Positions 1 through 10,628 of a stretch of 64,000 nucleotides of DNA are shown here, in pieces. The translations under genes and the position numbers were made by a program. The notes beneath the pieces are model-generated. The model had not been told where the DNA came from. It searched no databases and was given only the letters and a program-made list of their open reading frames with translations. The DNA is taken from the IMG/VR virus record IMGVR_UViG_3300043101_000273; one strand, written 5' to 3'. Numbering within the stretch: the stretch's first letter is position 1; the number at the start of each line of letters is the position of its first letter. This DNA is from an uncultured virus (IMG/VR IMGVR_UViG_3300043101_000273) (Duplodnaviria; Heunggongvirae; Uroviricota; Caudoviricetes).

Positions 1-14
1 GACGTGAAGTATAA

Positions 15-764
15 ATGAGAGTTGATATAGATAAAGAAAACGAATTTTATATAGAATGTTTATTTGATAAGAAAATTGGTAAAAAAGCAAGACAATATTT
101 AATTGAAAGAAATATAACAAAAGAAACAGCTCAGTTTTGGAAATTAGGATATTCACCTAATAATATGATTGCTCCTATCTTTGATACAAACGATATGTAT
201 AAACCTTGGGAAAAATTACAGGGAAGAATAACAATACCTATATATGACCAAAACGATAATTTAATTTCTATCTCAGGAAGATTATTATTTATAGATGGTG
301 TTAGACCTAAATATGACCATTATCCTTTTCCTAGTAGAAGTATTTTATTTGGGTTAAGTCAAAATAAAGAAGAAATATTTAAAGAAGATAGATGCTTTCT
401 AACAGAAGGACAAATGGACGTAATATCCGCTTGGCAAAAAGGCGTAAAAACTATTGTAAGTTCTTTTGGTGCTCATTGTTCTGAATGGCACTTAGCTTTA
501 TTATCAAGATATACAAATAATATAACTGTTTTATACGACAACGACAACGCTGGTAGAATGGGTGCTAATAAAATAAGAGAATTTAAGAAGTATAAAGATT
601 TAAATATAAATATTTTAAATATCTTAAACGAGGGAGAAGATTTAGATAATTTCTTTAGAGAACATAATAGTGAAGATTTTGAGAATTTATTAAATAAGAA
701 TAATAAAGAGAACATAATGTTACAAAAAATAAAGATGTTAAAATCTTTACAGAAATTATATTAA
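15..764 (+). CDS. dnaG: DnaG-type DNA primase, catalytic core + TOPRIM (no N-terminal Zn ribbon in this ORF)
   Basis: Motifs YL..R.I, GRITIPI.D, GR, PKY, TEGQMDVIS, YDND.AG, GEDLD. Confidence 0.9.
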   Translation: MRVDIDKENEFYIECLFDKKIGKKARQYLIERNITKETAQFWKLGYSPNNMIAPIFDTNDMYKPWEKLQGRITIPIYDQNDNLISISGRLLFIDGVRPKYDHYPFPSRSILFGLSQNKEEIFKEDRCFLTEGQMDVISAWQKGVKTIVSSFGAHCSEWHLALLSRYTNNITVLYDNDNAGRMGANKIREFKKYKDLNINILNILNEGEDLDNFFREHNSEDFENLLNKNNKENIMLQKIKMLKSLQKLY

Positions 765-1386
765 ATAATAATTTATAAAAGAAGCTCTTTATAAGAGAGT
801 TTTTTATAAAAAAGTGTTTTATAAAAGAATATTTTACAAGAAAGTTTTTTTACAATATAAGAGAGTATAGCGAACAATTATACCCTCTTATTTTATTGTA
901 AGTTTTTAAAAAAAACAATAAGTATTTTATTAAAAATTTTATTATGAATTTTATTAAGAAAGTTATTAAGAATTAAGTAATTTTAAATAATAAAGTTCCC
1001 TTCTAAAAAGTTTTATTGTAAGAAAACCTCTATACTAAAAAAGGATTTACTAAAAAAGACTTTACTAAAAAAAGGAAGTTTAAAAAAATAATTATAAGAA
1101 ATGGTTTATAAAGTACATTACAAACATTACATTATAGTAAAAATGTGTTATAAATGTTTTATATTAAAAATCTTTATTGTAAGAAGAAACTCTTTATTAA
1201 AAAAAGACTCTTTATATAGAAAAGACTCTTTATAAAAAAAGTTCTTTATAAAGAAATGTTTTTTATTAAAAATGCCTACTATTAAAAATAATGCTTATTA
1301 TAAAAACATCTCTTAGAAAAACTTCTCTTAGAATAAATCTTATTTAATTATTTCTTATTATATCCCTTAAATAATCTTACCCTGTT

Positions 1387-1568
1387 TTTTCAAAAATTTT
1401 TCATGAAATTTTTTTGCCTAGGGTTTTTGTTTGTAGAAAAGTGCCTTATTTTTTATGGGGGAATATTATCTGTCTGTACTATTAAAGTTAGGGCATTTTT
1501 CCAAAAATTTTTCATGAAAATTTTTTACATAGGGGTTTTATATATCAGAAAAGCCCTTTATTTTTTAT
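1387..1568. repeat. Two imperfect ~70-bp direct repeats, each with a palindrome centred on TCATGA
   Basis: 1387-1456 vs 1497-1568: CAAAAATTTTTCATGAAA(A)TTTTTT..TAGGG.TTTT...AGAAAAG..CCTT.ATTTTTTAT. Confidence 0.8.
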
Positions 1569-2750
1569 ACAGAGTAAATTGTATATTAAATCACCTTTAT
1601 ATGGAATGAATAATTATGCTCCGCTATTACGCAATAATAATTATTATATAAATTATATTCCGCTCCGCTCCAAATTATTTTCTTATATTATAAACCAATA
1701 ATTGTTGCTTTCCCAAAAAACGCTCAAAAAATTACCCCATGATTTAAGACGGGTATGGCGTTTTCTGTGGGGCAAATATGAGTTTTTTTGCGACTTTTTT
1801 AGGCGTTTTTTGGCTATTTTTAGGCTTATTTTTTAGTTAAAATTAACAGAAAAATAGGTCAATTTTTGTGAGTATTTTTTTATTTTTAAAAACTTTTTGA
1901 AAAAATATTTAATAAAATTAATTCTTATAAAAAGCCTTTTAATAGGGCATATTTAATATTTGAATATTTCAATATATTTATGCTTTTTTATGCAAAAATA
2001 GCTTATATAATATAACAAAAAATAGGGTGTTTTGCCATTGTCGTTATTTTAACAATAAATTGTTAATAAAATAACAAGGATTTTTCTAAAAATTTTTTAT
2101 ATCAAATATTTATAATTAACTATTATCATATAATTTATAACCTATTTAGTGGCAAAACAAGTTCTTAAATCACATTATAGCAAATAAGTATAATTATTCA
2201 AAAAGGTATAATAATATACAATAGTATGCAATAATGTATAAATAATTCAAATGCTGAAAATATGTATATTCAAGTTCCATAGATTTATCCTTATAAAAAC
2301 ATTCATATTAAAAAATAATAATTTATATAATGAATAAATTATAAGAAAAATGAATAAAAAACTTTTTAAACACGGGATATAATGAATAAAATAACGCATA
2401 ATAATGAATATTGATGTATAAATTATAATCTTATAATATAATTAAATCAAGAAAAAATATAAGCATTTAAATTTTAATATATGCCGTTAAAATCAATTAT
2501 AATACTTATTAAGAGCTGTTTATTATTCGTCAATAAATTCACTGATAATTATTTAAAAAACCGTTTAAACGGCAAATAAGATTAAAAATGATTATATGAA
2601 TAATGGTATAAAAGAATAATATTAAAAATGTCTTTTTAATAAAAAACTATTGACAAATAATAAAAAGTATGATATAATATAAGTATGAATAAAGAGGACG
2701 TTAAAGTCCACACACAATACACTTTTTAATCAAACAAGGAGGTTTTAATT

Positions 2751-2936
2751 ATGAAAAATTTTGGCTTAAGTTTTAGCGGAGTAGTAGGATTGGCACTTTA
2801 TGGGATAAACAGATTGACAGGTGGAACACCTGTTAGGACACCAGAAGAAGCAGCAAAGGTAAAAAGACCTATATATCTTTACAATCCATTCACAGAAGAA
2901 CAACTCAAAGATTGTATAATGATAAAGGTAATTTAA
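2751..2936 (+). CDS. Small hypothetical protein
   Basis: Promoter at 2650, RBS AAGGAGG, downstream terminator. Confidence 0.75.
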   Translation: MKNFGLSFSGVVGLALYGINRLTGGTPVRTPEEAAKVKRPIYLYNPFTEEQLKDCIMIKVI

Positions 2937-2941
2937 AAAAT

Positions 2942-2972
2942 AAAGAGTAGGTATAAAAGCCTACTCTTTTTT
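2942..2972. terminator. Bidirectional intrinsic terminator (similar hairpins follow most cassettes)
   Basis: AAAGAGTAGG-tataaaag-CCTACTCTTTTT. Analogous hairpins at ~6993, 12151, 13821, 17182, 17808, 19361, 20388, 21737, 22579, 25303, 26313, 32281, 32869, 37243, 41127, 42303, 45910, 47855, 54418, 57470, 63444. Confidence 0.85.
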
Positions 2973-3000
2973 ATTATAAAATATTTTTATAAACCTTTTA

Positions 3001-3360
3001 TTACAATTCACTTTCTCTTATAAATTGTTCGTTCTTTTCTTTTATTTCTCTTAATGCTTCAATTTTCTTAATCAATTTATCTACATTAAACATAGCACAG
3101 TTATAAGCTTCACCTAAGTGCTTTTTATTCTTAAACTGTCCTAAATTACAGAAATACTTTTCATTGTCATCTTCTATTAAATATACTTTACCTTCTAAAC
3201 AATCAATATGTAAATAATCATCATCGTTCAGAATAACATATAATACCAAACCATTCTTTTTAGTATCAATATCATTCTTTCTTAATTCTTTCCAAAGATA
3301 TTTAGCTAATTCCCTATTAAATGTTACATCGTTTATAATATAACTTGCCAAGCGTTTCAT
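3001..3360 (-). CDS. Hypothetical protein
   Basis: ORF in operon downstream of tmk. Confidence 0.7.
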   Translation of the reverse strand: MKRLASYIINDVTFNRELAKYLWKELRKNDIDTKKNGLVLYVILNDDDYLHIDCLEGKVYLIEDDNEKYFCNLGQFKNKKHLGEAYNCAMFNVDKLIKKIEALREIKEKNEQFIRESEL

Positions 3361-3408
3361 TTATAATGCACCTACTTTTTTTATTTAAAAAATAAGAAAT
3401 ATAAAAAA

Positions 3409-4218
3409 TTATATTTTGAGAGCTAATTTAATCTTTTCAAAAACCATACCAATTGGCAATTCATCACCATCTTCAAATTCTTCAATAATGAACCAATCTC
3501 TTTCTTCCGCAGTTTTTCTGTAAAGATTATCCGTATCAATAAGCAATTGTTTGTTTTGCTCAAAGATATCATCCTTATCATTTTGATAAGTTCTTTTCTT
3601 TCTATTATTTATTCTTTTAATAACAGTTTCAATAGGTAAAGTTAAATAAATAATATCGTCAGGCTTTTTAAGATTTAAACTTTCAAATTCCAATTCTTCA
3701 AGTTCTGCAACACTGCCTTTTTTATCTCTTGCAATTTGAAAAAGGTTGCTGTATGTATATCTGTTTAAGATTACATAATATCCTTCGTCAATATATCTTT
3801 TCAATTCTTTTTGAATACTTACTCTATCACTAGCGAATACAATATTTAATATTTCTTTTGGAATACTATTAATATCACCATATTCACCTCTTAAATATTT
3901 TGCAATTAAGCTGCCAATATAAGTTTCATATTGCGGAAAAGAATAAATCTTTACTTTGATATTTTTTTCTTTTTCTAAATATTCTCTTAATATTTCAATA
4001 TAAGTTGTTTTACCGCTTGCATCTATGCCCTCAAATTCAATCAATCTGCCTTTATTTATTTCCTTTAATACAGATAGTTCACCGCTGCCATTGAACCATC
4101 TTTTGTTGATTACAATACCCTCAAATCTATCAGTAGTATATAAATCATAAAGTCCATATCTATTATATTCACTTTCATCAGTTACATAACATTTAATAAT
4201 CTTATCTTTCATAACCAA
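3409..4218 (-). CDS. tmk: Thymidylate kinase with N-terminal extension
   Basis: P-loop FEGIDASGKTT, SFP.Y, FASDR, (D/N)RY motif LNRYTYSN, KPD.IIYL. Confidence 0.92.
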   Translation of the reverse strand: MVMKDKIIKCYVTDESEYNRYGLYDLYTTDRFEGIVINKRWFNGSGELSVLKEINKGRLIEFEGIDASGKTTYIEILREYLEKEKNIKVKIYSFPQYETYIGSLIAKYLRGEYGDINSIPKEILNIVFASDRVSIQKELKRYIDEGYYVILNRYTYSNLFQIARDKKGSVAELEELEFESLNLKKPDDIIYLTLPIETVIKRINNRKKRTYQNDKDDIFEQNKQLLIDTDNLYRKTAEERDWFIIEEFEDGDELPIGMVFEKIKLALKI

Positions 4219-4230
4219 TCTCCATTTATT

Positions 4231-4458
4231 TTAAAAATATATTTTACTATTTATGTAGTCTTTTACTTCTCTAATATTAGGCAAATCACTGCCGTATATA
4301 ATGCCATTTTTAACAAAACAATTTTTATTTTTTATAAAGTCAATATTATTTTGAATAGTATCAAATAACAAGTTATTATTTAATCTTTCAGTTTGAAAAA
4401 ATAATTTATAAATATCTTTTTCGGTAATATAAACAATTATACATTTCATAAAAATCAC
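4231..4458 (-). CDS. Hypothetical protein
   Basis: ORF with GAGG RBS upstream of tmk. Confidence 0.65.
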   Translation of the reverse strand: MIFMKCIIVYITEKDIYKLFFQTERLNNNLLFDTIQNNIDFIKNKNCFVKNGIIYGSDLPNIREVKDYINSKIYF

Positions 4459-4528
4459 CTCATTAAAAATTAAGGGAGATATAATATATATCCCCCTAAT
4501 TATAATTAAAAAATACCTTATCTATAAA

Positions 4529-5026
4529 TCAATCCCACCAATAAAAAATATTTTCTTTTATAATATCAAAAAGTTCATTTTTAACAGTTTCTTTTTGTTC
4601 TTCAATGTCCTTAAAACTGTTTTCAAAAGAATCATGATTTTTTGCATATTCTTCATAAAAATAATTATCATCAATAAGTTTATCTAAACGAGTAATACAT
4701 TCATTTAATTGATTATTATATTTTTCAATTAAATCATCTGTTAGTAAAGAATATTCTTCATTATGTTTTTTAATAAAGTTCAATTTAGTTCTTAACATAA
4801 TAAAAATAAATGTATAATCCCAATCGTAATCGTTTGCAAGTACCTTCCTATATTTAATTACATTTCTAAAGAAATTTTTCATAGTTCTGAATTTATCCTT
4901 TAAGTTATAAAAAAATCTATAAATACCTGTTCTAATTTTTTGTTTTTCAATTTTTTCTATATCTTTTTGAATTTCCTCTTGAAAATCTTCAAAAGTTTCA
5001 AAAGTCTTATATTTTTTTTCTTTCAT
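4529..5026 (-). CDS. Phage-type hypothetical protein (DYDWDY...WWD)
   Basis: Start moved to MKEKK after RBS AAAGGAG. Confidence 0.75.
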   Translation of the reverse strand: MKEKKYKTFETFEDFQEEIQKDIEKIEKQKIRTGIYRFFYNLKDKFRTMKNFFRNVIKYRKVLANDYDWDYTFIFIMLRTKLNFIKKHNEEYSLLTDDLIEKYNNQLNECITRLDKLIDDNYFYEEYAKNHDSFENSFKDIEEQKETVKNELFDIIKENIFYWWD

Positions 5027-5179
5027 AAAAACTCCTTTCAACCACAAAAAGAATTATTTATATATTAAAAGAAAATATTATTTAAGAATATCCAACCACA
5101 AATATTCTCTTTATAAGAACCACATTACTTTTCATTCATTATACTTCATTCTTTTTAATTAAGAAATATATAATATTTT

Positions 5180-5500
5180 TTAATTTTTAATTTCTGCTTC
5201 AATCATTTTACTTAACTTATTAAAAAGGTTATCGAATTTAATATTAGCGATATCCCTAAAAGTAATTTCATCTATTTTTTTAATAAACACGCTATTAGTG
5301 TCTACATCTCTAAGAAGAAAAGGAATAGTACCATTATCGATATTAGTGAACATATCTTCCTTTAAAATAAAATCAACAGCATCTTGCTTAGAGTTAAATC
5401 TAACTGCTGAAAAAATATCTTCTCCCCAAGTATACTTAATATCTTCATCGTAAACTAACTTTTTTTCTTCATTGTTTTCTTTGCACGTAATAATAAACAT
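5180..5500 (-). CDS. Hypothetical protein
   Basis: Start MFIIT after GAAAGGAAG. Confidence 0.7.
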   Translation of the reverse strand: MFIITCKENNEEKKLVYDEDIKYTWGEDIFSAVRFNSKQDAVDFILKEDMFTNIDNGTIPFLLRDVDTNSVFIKKIDEITFRDIANIKFDNLFNKLSKMIEAEIKN

Positions 5501-5994
5501 TTTTATACTTCCTTTCTTATAATTATTTTTGGGGCAAAATAACCTCAAAAAAATTTAATAATAAAATCGTAAAATTTTTTCAAGGTTATTATTTTTATAA
5601 ATAAAAATATTCATTTTTTTAACATTTAGACTTCATTGAACTTCTACTTTAAAGAATAAATAAAAACTTATTAGTTTTCTACTGTTACTGAAAACGTTAC
5701 TTTGGTTCATAGTGGAACAAGTTTGTTTTTTAGATTTTTAATAATTAAGTTTTTGTCTGTTTTTGTTGCAAAGTTTAAAAAGTTTTATATGTTAAAAAAA
5801 TAAAAATAAAAAATCATTTAATAAGAAAATTTAGTTTTCAAAAAGATTTCACAAATATTACTAACAAGCCGAGAATATCTTTAAAACTAAGCTTTTATAA
5901 AAACAAAAATATTACTTAAACATTATAATAATATTTCATTTATATTACAACCATTACTTTTAATTTACATAAAGATTACTGTAATATTGTAAAA

Positions 5995-6384
5995 CTATTG
6001 CCAATTATTACTATTTATATTTCTAAATATATTATTGATAACTGAAGCTAAGAAAATATTCAGTTCAGAATCAATTTTAGAATCTCCTTTAAATAAGAAA
6101 AAAACAAAAGAGAATACATTCACTAACGGTATGTAACTTTTCAATAAAACAATTATAAATGATATAAGAATATAAAATATCAATAATAATTGTAAATCTT
6201 CATCTGCAAGACACAGACGAAAATATTCATTTCTATTTAAACCATCGGGCAAACTTTTATCATATTCCAAGTAATAGAATTTACCCTCTTTATTCTTAAA
6301 GAAAAAAAGGATAATACATAAAATAGTTTCAATTAATTGAAATATGAAAATAAGGAATAACCCATTACAAAACAATCCATACAT
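5995..6384 (-). CDS. Putative membrane protein (2 TM)
   Basis: Two hydrophobic stretches; follows the 6391-6606 gene. Confidence 0.6.
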   Translation of the reverse strand: MYGLFCNGLFLIFIFQLIETILCIILFFFKNKEGKFYYLEYDKSLPDGLNRNEYFRLCLADEDLQLLLIFYILISFIIVLLKSYIPLVNVFSFVFFLFKGDSKIDSELNIFLASVINNIFRNINSNNWQ

Positions 6385-6390
6385 TATTTG

Positions 6391-6606
6391 TTACCCGTAT
6401 AAACTTTTATCCTCACAAGGTTCACAAGCATCACAAGAGAGAAAAGCTAAATACTGCAAAGAAAATTCTCCCATAATTCTAGTGCCCTTGCATTTAGTAC
6501 ATCTACATTTATAATTATGATATATTATATGATTTCTTCTTTTAGTAGGTTCTAATTCTTCCAGAATCTCAAATTTACCAATTTTATCACCCACTTTAAG
6601 TTTCAC
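6391..6606 (-). CDS. Small Cys-rich (Zn-ribbon-like) protein
   Basis: GTG start, AAGGAGG RBS, YKCRC..C...CxxC. Confidence 0.75.
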   Translation of the reverse strand: MKLKVGDKIGKFEILEELEPTKRRNHIIYHNYKCRCTKCKGTRIMGEFSLQYLAFLSCDACEPCEDKSLYG

Positions 6607-6783
6607 ACAGGTTTCCTCCTTTATAAGTTATTTTACAATATTATACCTCTAATTCCAAGTTTTGTCAATAGATTGCAAAATGAGAAAAATATTTTTTACA
6701 TATTTTAACAAATTTTATTGACATTTGCATAATGATATGGTATAATATAACTAATAAAAATATTATAGAGAGAGGGTAATTTT

Positions 6784-6987
6784 ATGGTAAAGAAAACAAA
6801 CGAAAAATATTTCGTAATATGTGATTGTTGTGGCTCTATTAGTATGAGCAATTTAGATAGATACAACGAATACATAACAGGACAAAGCAAAACTTCATTA
6901 TGTATGAGTTGTTTTGATAAGATATTTAAAATCAGTTCTGCAATTGACAAAATAAAAAATAATGAAAAAATTTATAAATTTGGATAA
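6784..6987 (+). CDS. Small Zn-finger protein
   Basis: CDCCG...LCMSCF; divergent promoter at ~6718; terminator. Confidence 0.75.
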   Translation: MVKKTNEKYFVICDCCGSISMSNLDRYNEYITGQSKTSLCMSCFDKIFKISSAIDKIKNNEKIYKFG

Positions 6988-7073
6988 ACTAAGAAGGTGA
7001 GTAAGTACTCACCTTTTTTAAATTTAAAGATATAAAAAAAGAGATAATTTTTTCATCTATCTCCTTATAAGAA

Positions 7074-7284
7074 TTATTCGTGTCTTAGTTCCCATTCTCT
7101 TTCTAATATATCAAACAAATCTTAAACATCAAATAGTTGAAATTGCAACTCATTTTTAGAATCTTCATCATCACAAGCACTGATTGTTTTTTAATAGTTT
7201 CTTTTTTTCTGTCATAAGATTAAGAATCTCACATTGAGAATGTAAAGCAATTTTTGTAATCTCATAACTATTTATATTAACCAT
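7074..7284 (-). pseudogene. Degraded small gene
   Basis: Promoter ~7369 and RBS; MVNINSYEITK... frame breaks in an A-run, second frame ETIKKTISACDDED... has an internal stop. Confidence 0.5.
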
Positions 7285-7577
7285 AAATATAATCTCCCTT
7301 TGATTGTAAAAAAGTATATATGGTTTTGTTAAATCTTTTCTTAATTATATTATACTATTTTTTTATAATGTCAAGCCTTTTTAAAATATTTTATTAAACG
7401 CCATTACAAGCTTTATATTTGCTCATACAGGTGTTTATAAAAGTGATTGATAAAATATGTCGGTAAATGAATTAACCCTTTCAATAAACAAAATAAAATT
7501 AAAATAAAAGGTATATACAGTTCCATAATAAAGAGTTGTACATACCTTTTGAAAAGTATTTAAATTATTAAAGACGA

Positions 7578-9566
7578 TTAAAGTAAAGCATTAAATTCTT
7601 CTTCCGTGATTACTTCAATGCCATAACCTTTAGCTTTATCAATTTTATTTTCTTTTGCACCTTCACCAATAATTAAATAATCAGTACCTTTTTTAATGCT
7701 GCTAACAGTACCACCATTATTTTCAATAATATCTGTCATTTCATTTCTTGATATACTCAATTTACCAGTAAAACAAAATGATTTATTGTTTAATTTACCA
7801 TTATTAGTTTTTACTTTACCAATTATACCTAAATTGATTAAATCGTTTATCATATCTTTATTCTTATTTATATATTCTAAAATATTATTCACTAATATTT
7901 CCCCAAATGTGGGTAAAGATAATAATTCTTCATAGGTACAATTTATAAAATTATCTAAAGTTTTATATCTGTCTTGTAAAATCTTTCCTTTTTCTTTTGA
8001 AACGCTTTTAATCATTAAACCATCAATTATTTGACTTAATTCATTATCTTTGGATTTTTCAATATTATTTAATATTTTATCAGCAGATTTATCTCCCATC
8101 TTTTCTAATGAGGATATATCATTTTTCTTTAATTTATAAATATCTATAAAGGTTTTTATTTTACCAACACTGAATAACTTATTTATAAGAACTGTACCAA
8201 AGTTGTCAATTTCCATAGCTTTAATAAAGTTTTCTATTTTATTAACTTGCATACCAGTACAATTTTCATTATCACAGTATAAGAAAATGCCTTTATCAGT
8301 TGTATTAGATTTTAAAGGTTGCCCACAAGATGGGCAAACAGTAGGAATAGTTATTTCCTTTTCTTCACCACTTCTTAAATCTTTTATTACAGACTCGATA
8401 CAGGGTATTACATCTCCCCTTTTTGATACAATTACAGTATCACCAAGCTTTAAATCTAAGTTCTTTATATATTGAATATTGTGCAATGTAGCATAACCAA
8501 TAGTTGAACCACCAATTTCAACAGGTTCAATTACAGCCTTAGGAGTAATAGCTCCCTTGCCACCTAAACACCATTCAACATCCAATAAGACACTTGTATT
8601 TTCCATAGCAGGAAATTTATAAGCAACAGCATAGTTAGGATATTTTTTACCTATACCAAGTCTATTCCAATCATCATACTTGTTAGCTTTAATTACAATA
8701 CCATCAATGTCAATATCTAAATTATTTCTATTTTCATATACTTCATTAAATAGCTTATTTAGCTTTTCAATTGCATTATCAATATTATTTACTTTAACAG
8801 CTGCTAAAGTTTTATAAGGAGTAATAAATATATCTTTTAATAATTTAATATCCTTTAAATAAGTATCGTTATAAAAATCATCATTCTCATAATAGCCATA
8901 AGGAGAAAATATTAAATATTTACAATAATCACTGTTAGGGAGTTTGTTCTTTAAAATACCACTCGCAGCATTTCTAACATTTTTATATTGATTTTCTTCG
9001 GGTAGATTTTTATTTATTTCAGTTAAACCCTCTTTTAATAAAAGAATTTCACCTCTTACTTCTACTTTTTCAGTATCTTTAAACTGTTCTATATAATAAG
9101 GAACATTAGGAATAAGTTTAGCTGTCGCAGTATTATCTTCGCCGACTTTTCCATTACCTCTTGTACTAGCTTGTGTGAGATATCCATTTTCATATACTAA
9201 AGAATTTGCAAGACCATCAAATTTATATTCAAAGATAAATTCTTTAATATTTAATTTATTAAATGCTTTTTTAACCCAATCGTTAAATTGTTCAATAGAC
9301 AAAACTTTATCTAATGATAACATAGGAATTTTATGATTTACTTTATTAAAAGAATTTTCATTTAGATAATCACCTAAAATTTGTGTAGGAGAATTATCAT
9401 CTTTAAACTCTGGGAACTGTTCTTCCAATTTTTTTAATTCTTCTAATAATTTATCGTATAGAGAATCAGAGATATTATTTTCAGAAGAATTTTTAAAATA
9501 TAATTCATTTTGGTTATTTATCAGATTTCTTAATCTAACAATTCTACCCTTAATCATTTCATTCAT
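7578..9566 (-). CDS. ligA: NAD-dependent DNA ligase
   Basis: EYKFDG adenylation motif, TRGNG, EVRGE, RNAASG, DGIVIK, AYKFP, Cys4 Zn finger, HhH, BRCT FCFTGKL. Confidence 0.97.
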   Translation of the reverse strand: MNEMIKGRIVRLRNLINNQNELYFKNSSENNISDSLYDKLLEELKKLEEQFPEFKDDNSPTQILGDYLNENSFNKVNHKIPMLSLDKVLSIEQFNDWVKKAFNKLNIKEFIFEYKFDGLANSLVYENGYLTQASTRGNGKVGEDNTATAKLIPNVPYYIEQFKDTEKVEVRGEILLLKEGLTEINKNLPEENQYKNVRNAASGILKNKLPNSDYCKYLIFSPYGYYENDDFYNDTYLKDIKLLKDIFITPYKTLAAVKVNNIDNAIEKLNKLFNEVYENRNNLDIDIDGIVIKANKYDDWNRLGIGKKYPNYAVAYKFPAMENTSVLLDVEWCLGGKGAITPKAVIEPVEIGGSTIGYATLHNIQYIKNLDLKLGDTVIVSKRGDVIPCIESVIKDLRSGEEKEITIPTVCPSCGQPLKSNTTDKGIFLYCDNENCTGMQVNKIENFIKAMEIDNFGTVLINKLFSVGKIKTFIDIYKLKKNDISSLEKMGDKSADKILNNIEKSKDNELSQIIDGLMIKSVSKEKGKILQDRYKTLDNFINCTYEELLSLPTFGEILVNNILEYINKNKDMINDLINLGIIGKVKTNNGKLNNKSFCFTGKLSISRNEMTDIIENNGGTVSSIKKGTDYLIIGEGAKENKIDKAKGYGIEVITEEEFNALL

Positions 9567-9803
9567 AGACAGACCACCTTTTCATTTTTTCCTTTAATTA
9601 TAATATAATTATTTTTAGGAGTAGTTCAAAATACTCATTATTATTAAAAAATTATTAAAAAAATTATTATTAGAATCATTAAAAAATATTTTATATATTT
9701 TTAGAAATATTCTTAATAATATCCCTAATAATAAAAACTTTTTTAAAAGAATATATTAAAAATAAAGGATAGTTTTTATTTCTATCCTTTATTATAATGT
9801 ATT

Positions 9804-10550
9804 TTATCTGCATATATAAGTTGTACTAAAAGAAGTTTTAAAAACCTTTACAACCTGTCCTTGAACAAAGTTAGATTGCCATACACAGCCCTCTGAACCA
9901 CTAGGACGATATCCACTCAACAACTGTTTAGCAACATTTATACTTCTTTGACTAGGCTGATTATATATAGTTCCATTACTGTATGTTTGATATTGACCAC
10001 TTTGAGTAATAACACCTTTTACAGTTGATGGAAAATTAGAACTTTTCACTCTATTCATAACAACAACGCCAACCCACATTTTGTGTTCATCAGTACAACA
10101 ATCACTTGCTTCTGCATCGATTACTCTACTTAACCAGTATAAATCGTCATCAGAATAGTTTTTTACCGTTGTTGGTTCAGTAGTGGTTTCTACTGTCGTT
10201 GCAATTGTAGTAGTAACAGTAGTTGTTGTAGCGATAGTAGCAATAGTTGTAGTTTGACTTGCCACTTCAAAAACAATTTGTGGTATAGTAGTTGATGGAG
10301 TTGATTCCATCTTTAAATTGATTACATTATTATCTGTTTGTTGATACATAACAGTTTGTATGTTATTTTGTAATGTAGTAATTTCTGTAAATTCAACTGT
10401 ACTATTTTCAGATGTTTTATTTTCTGCATAAACATCTATGCCATTATATTCTTCGGGCGGTTTATAATTTGTTGTAAAGAAAATTGAAAAAACAACCAAG
10501 AATATTCCAACCAAAAGTCCTTTAAGTAAATTCATTGTATCTTTATTCAT
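9804..10550 (-). CDS. SleB/Hydrolase_2 family cell-wall hydrolase with N-terminal TM and Thr-rich linker
   Basis: DLYWLSRVIDAEA...VGVVVMNRV.S..FP.TV.GVI.Q.GQY. Confidence 0.88.
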   Translation of the reverse strand: MNKDTMNLLKGLLVGIFLVVFSIFFTTNYKPPEEYNGIDVYAENKTSENSTVEFTEITTLQNNIQTVMYQQTDNNVINLKMESTPSTTIPQIVFEVASQTTTIATIATTTTVTTTIATTVETTTEPTTVKNYSDDDLYWLSRVIDAEASDCCTDEHKMWVGVVVMNRVKSSNFPSTVKGVITQSGQYQTYSNGTIYNQPSQRSINVAKQLLSGYRPSGSEGCVWQSNFVQGQVVKVFKTSFSTTYICR

Positions 10551-10628
10551 ACTAGTATCTCCCTTTTTATAAATAAGTATTTTTAGAATGTTTTTAAGTT
10601 CCTTAGGAAATTCTTTTTTATAAATATG

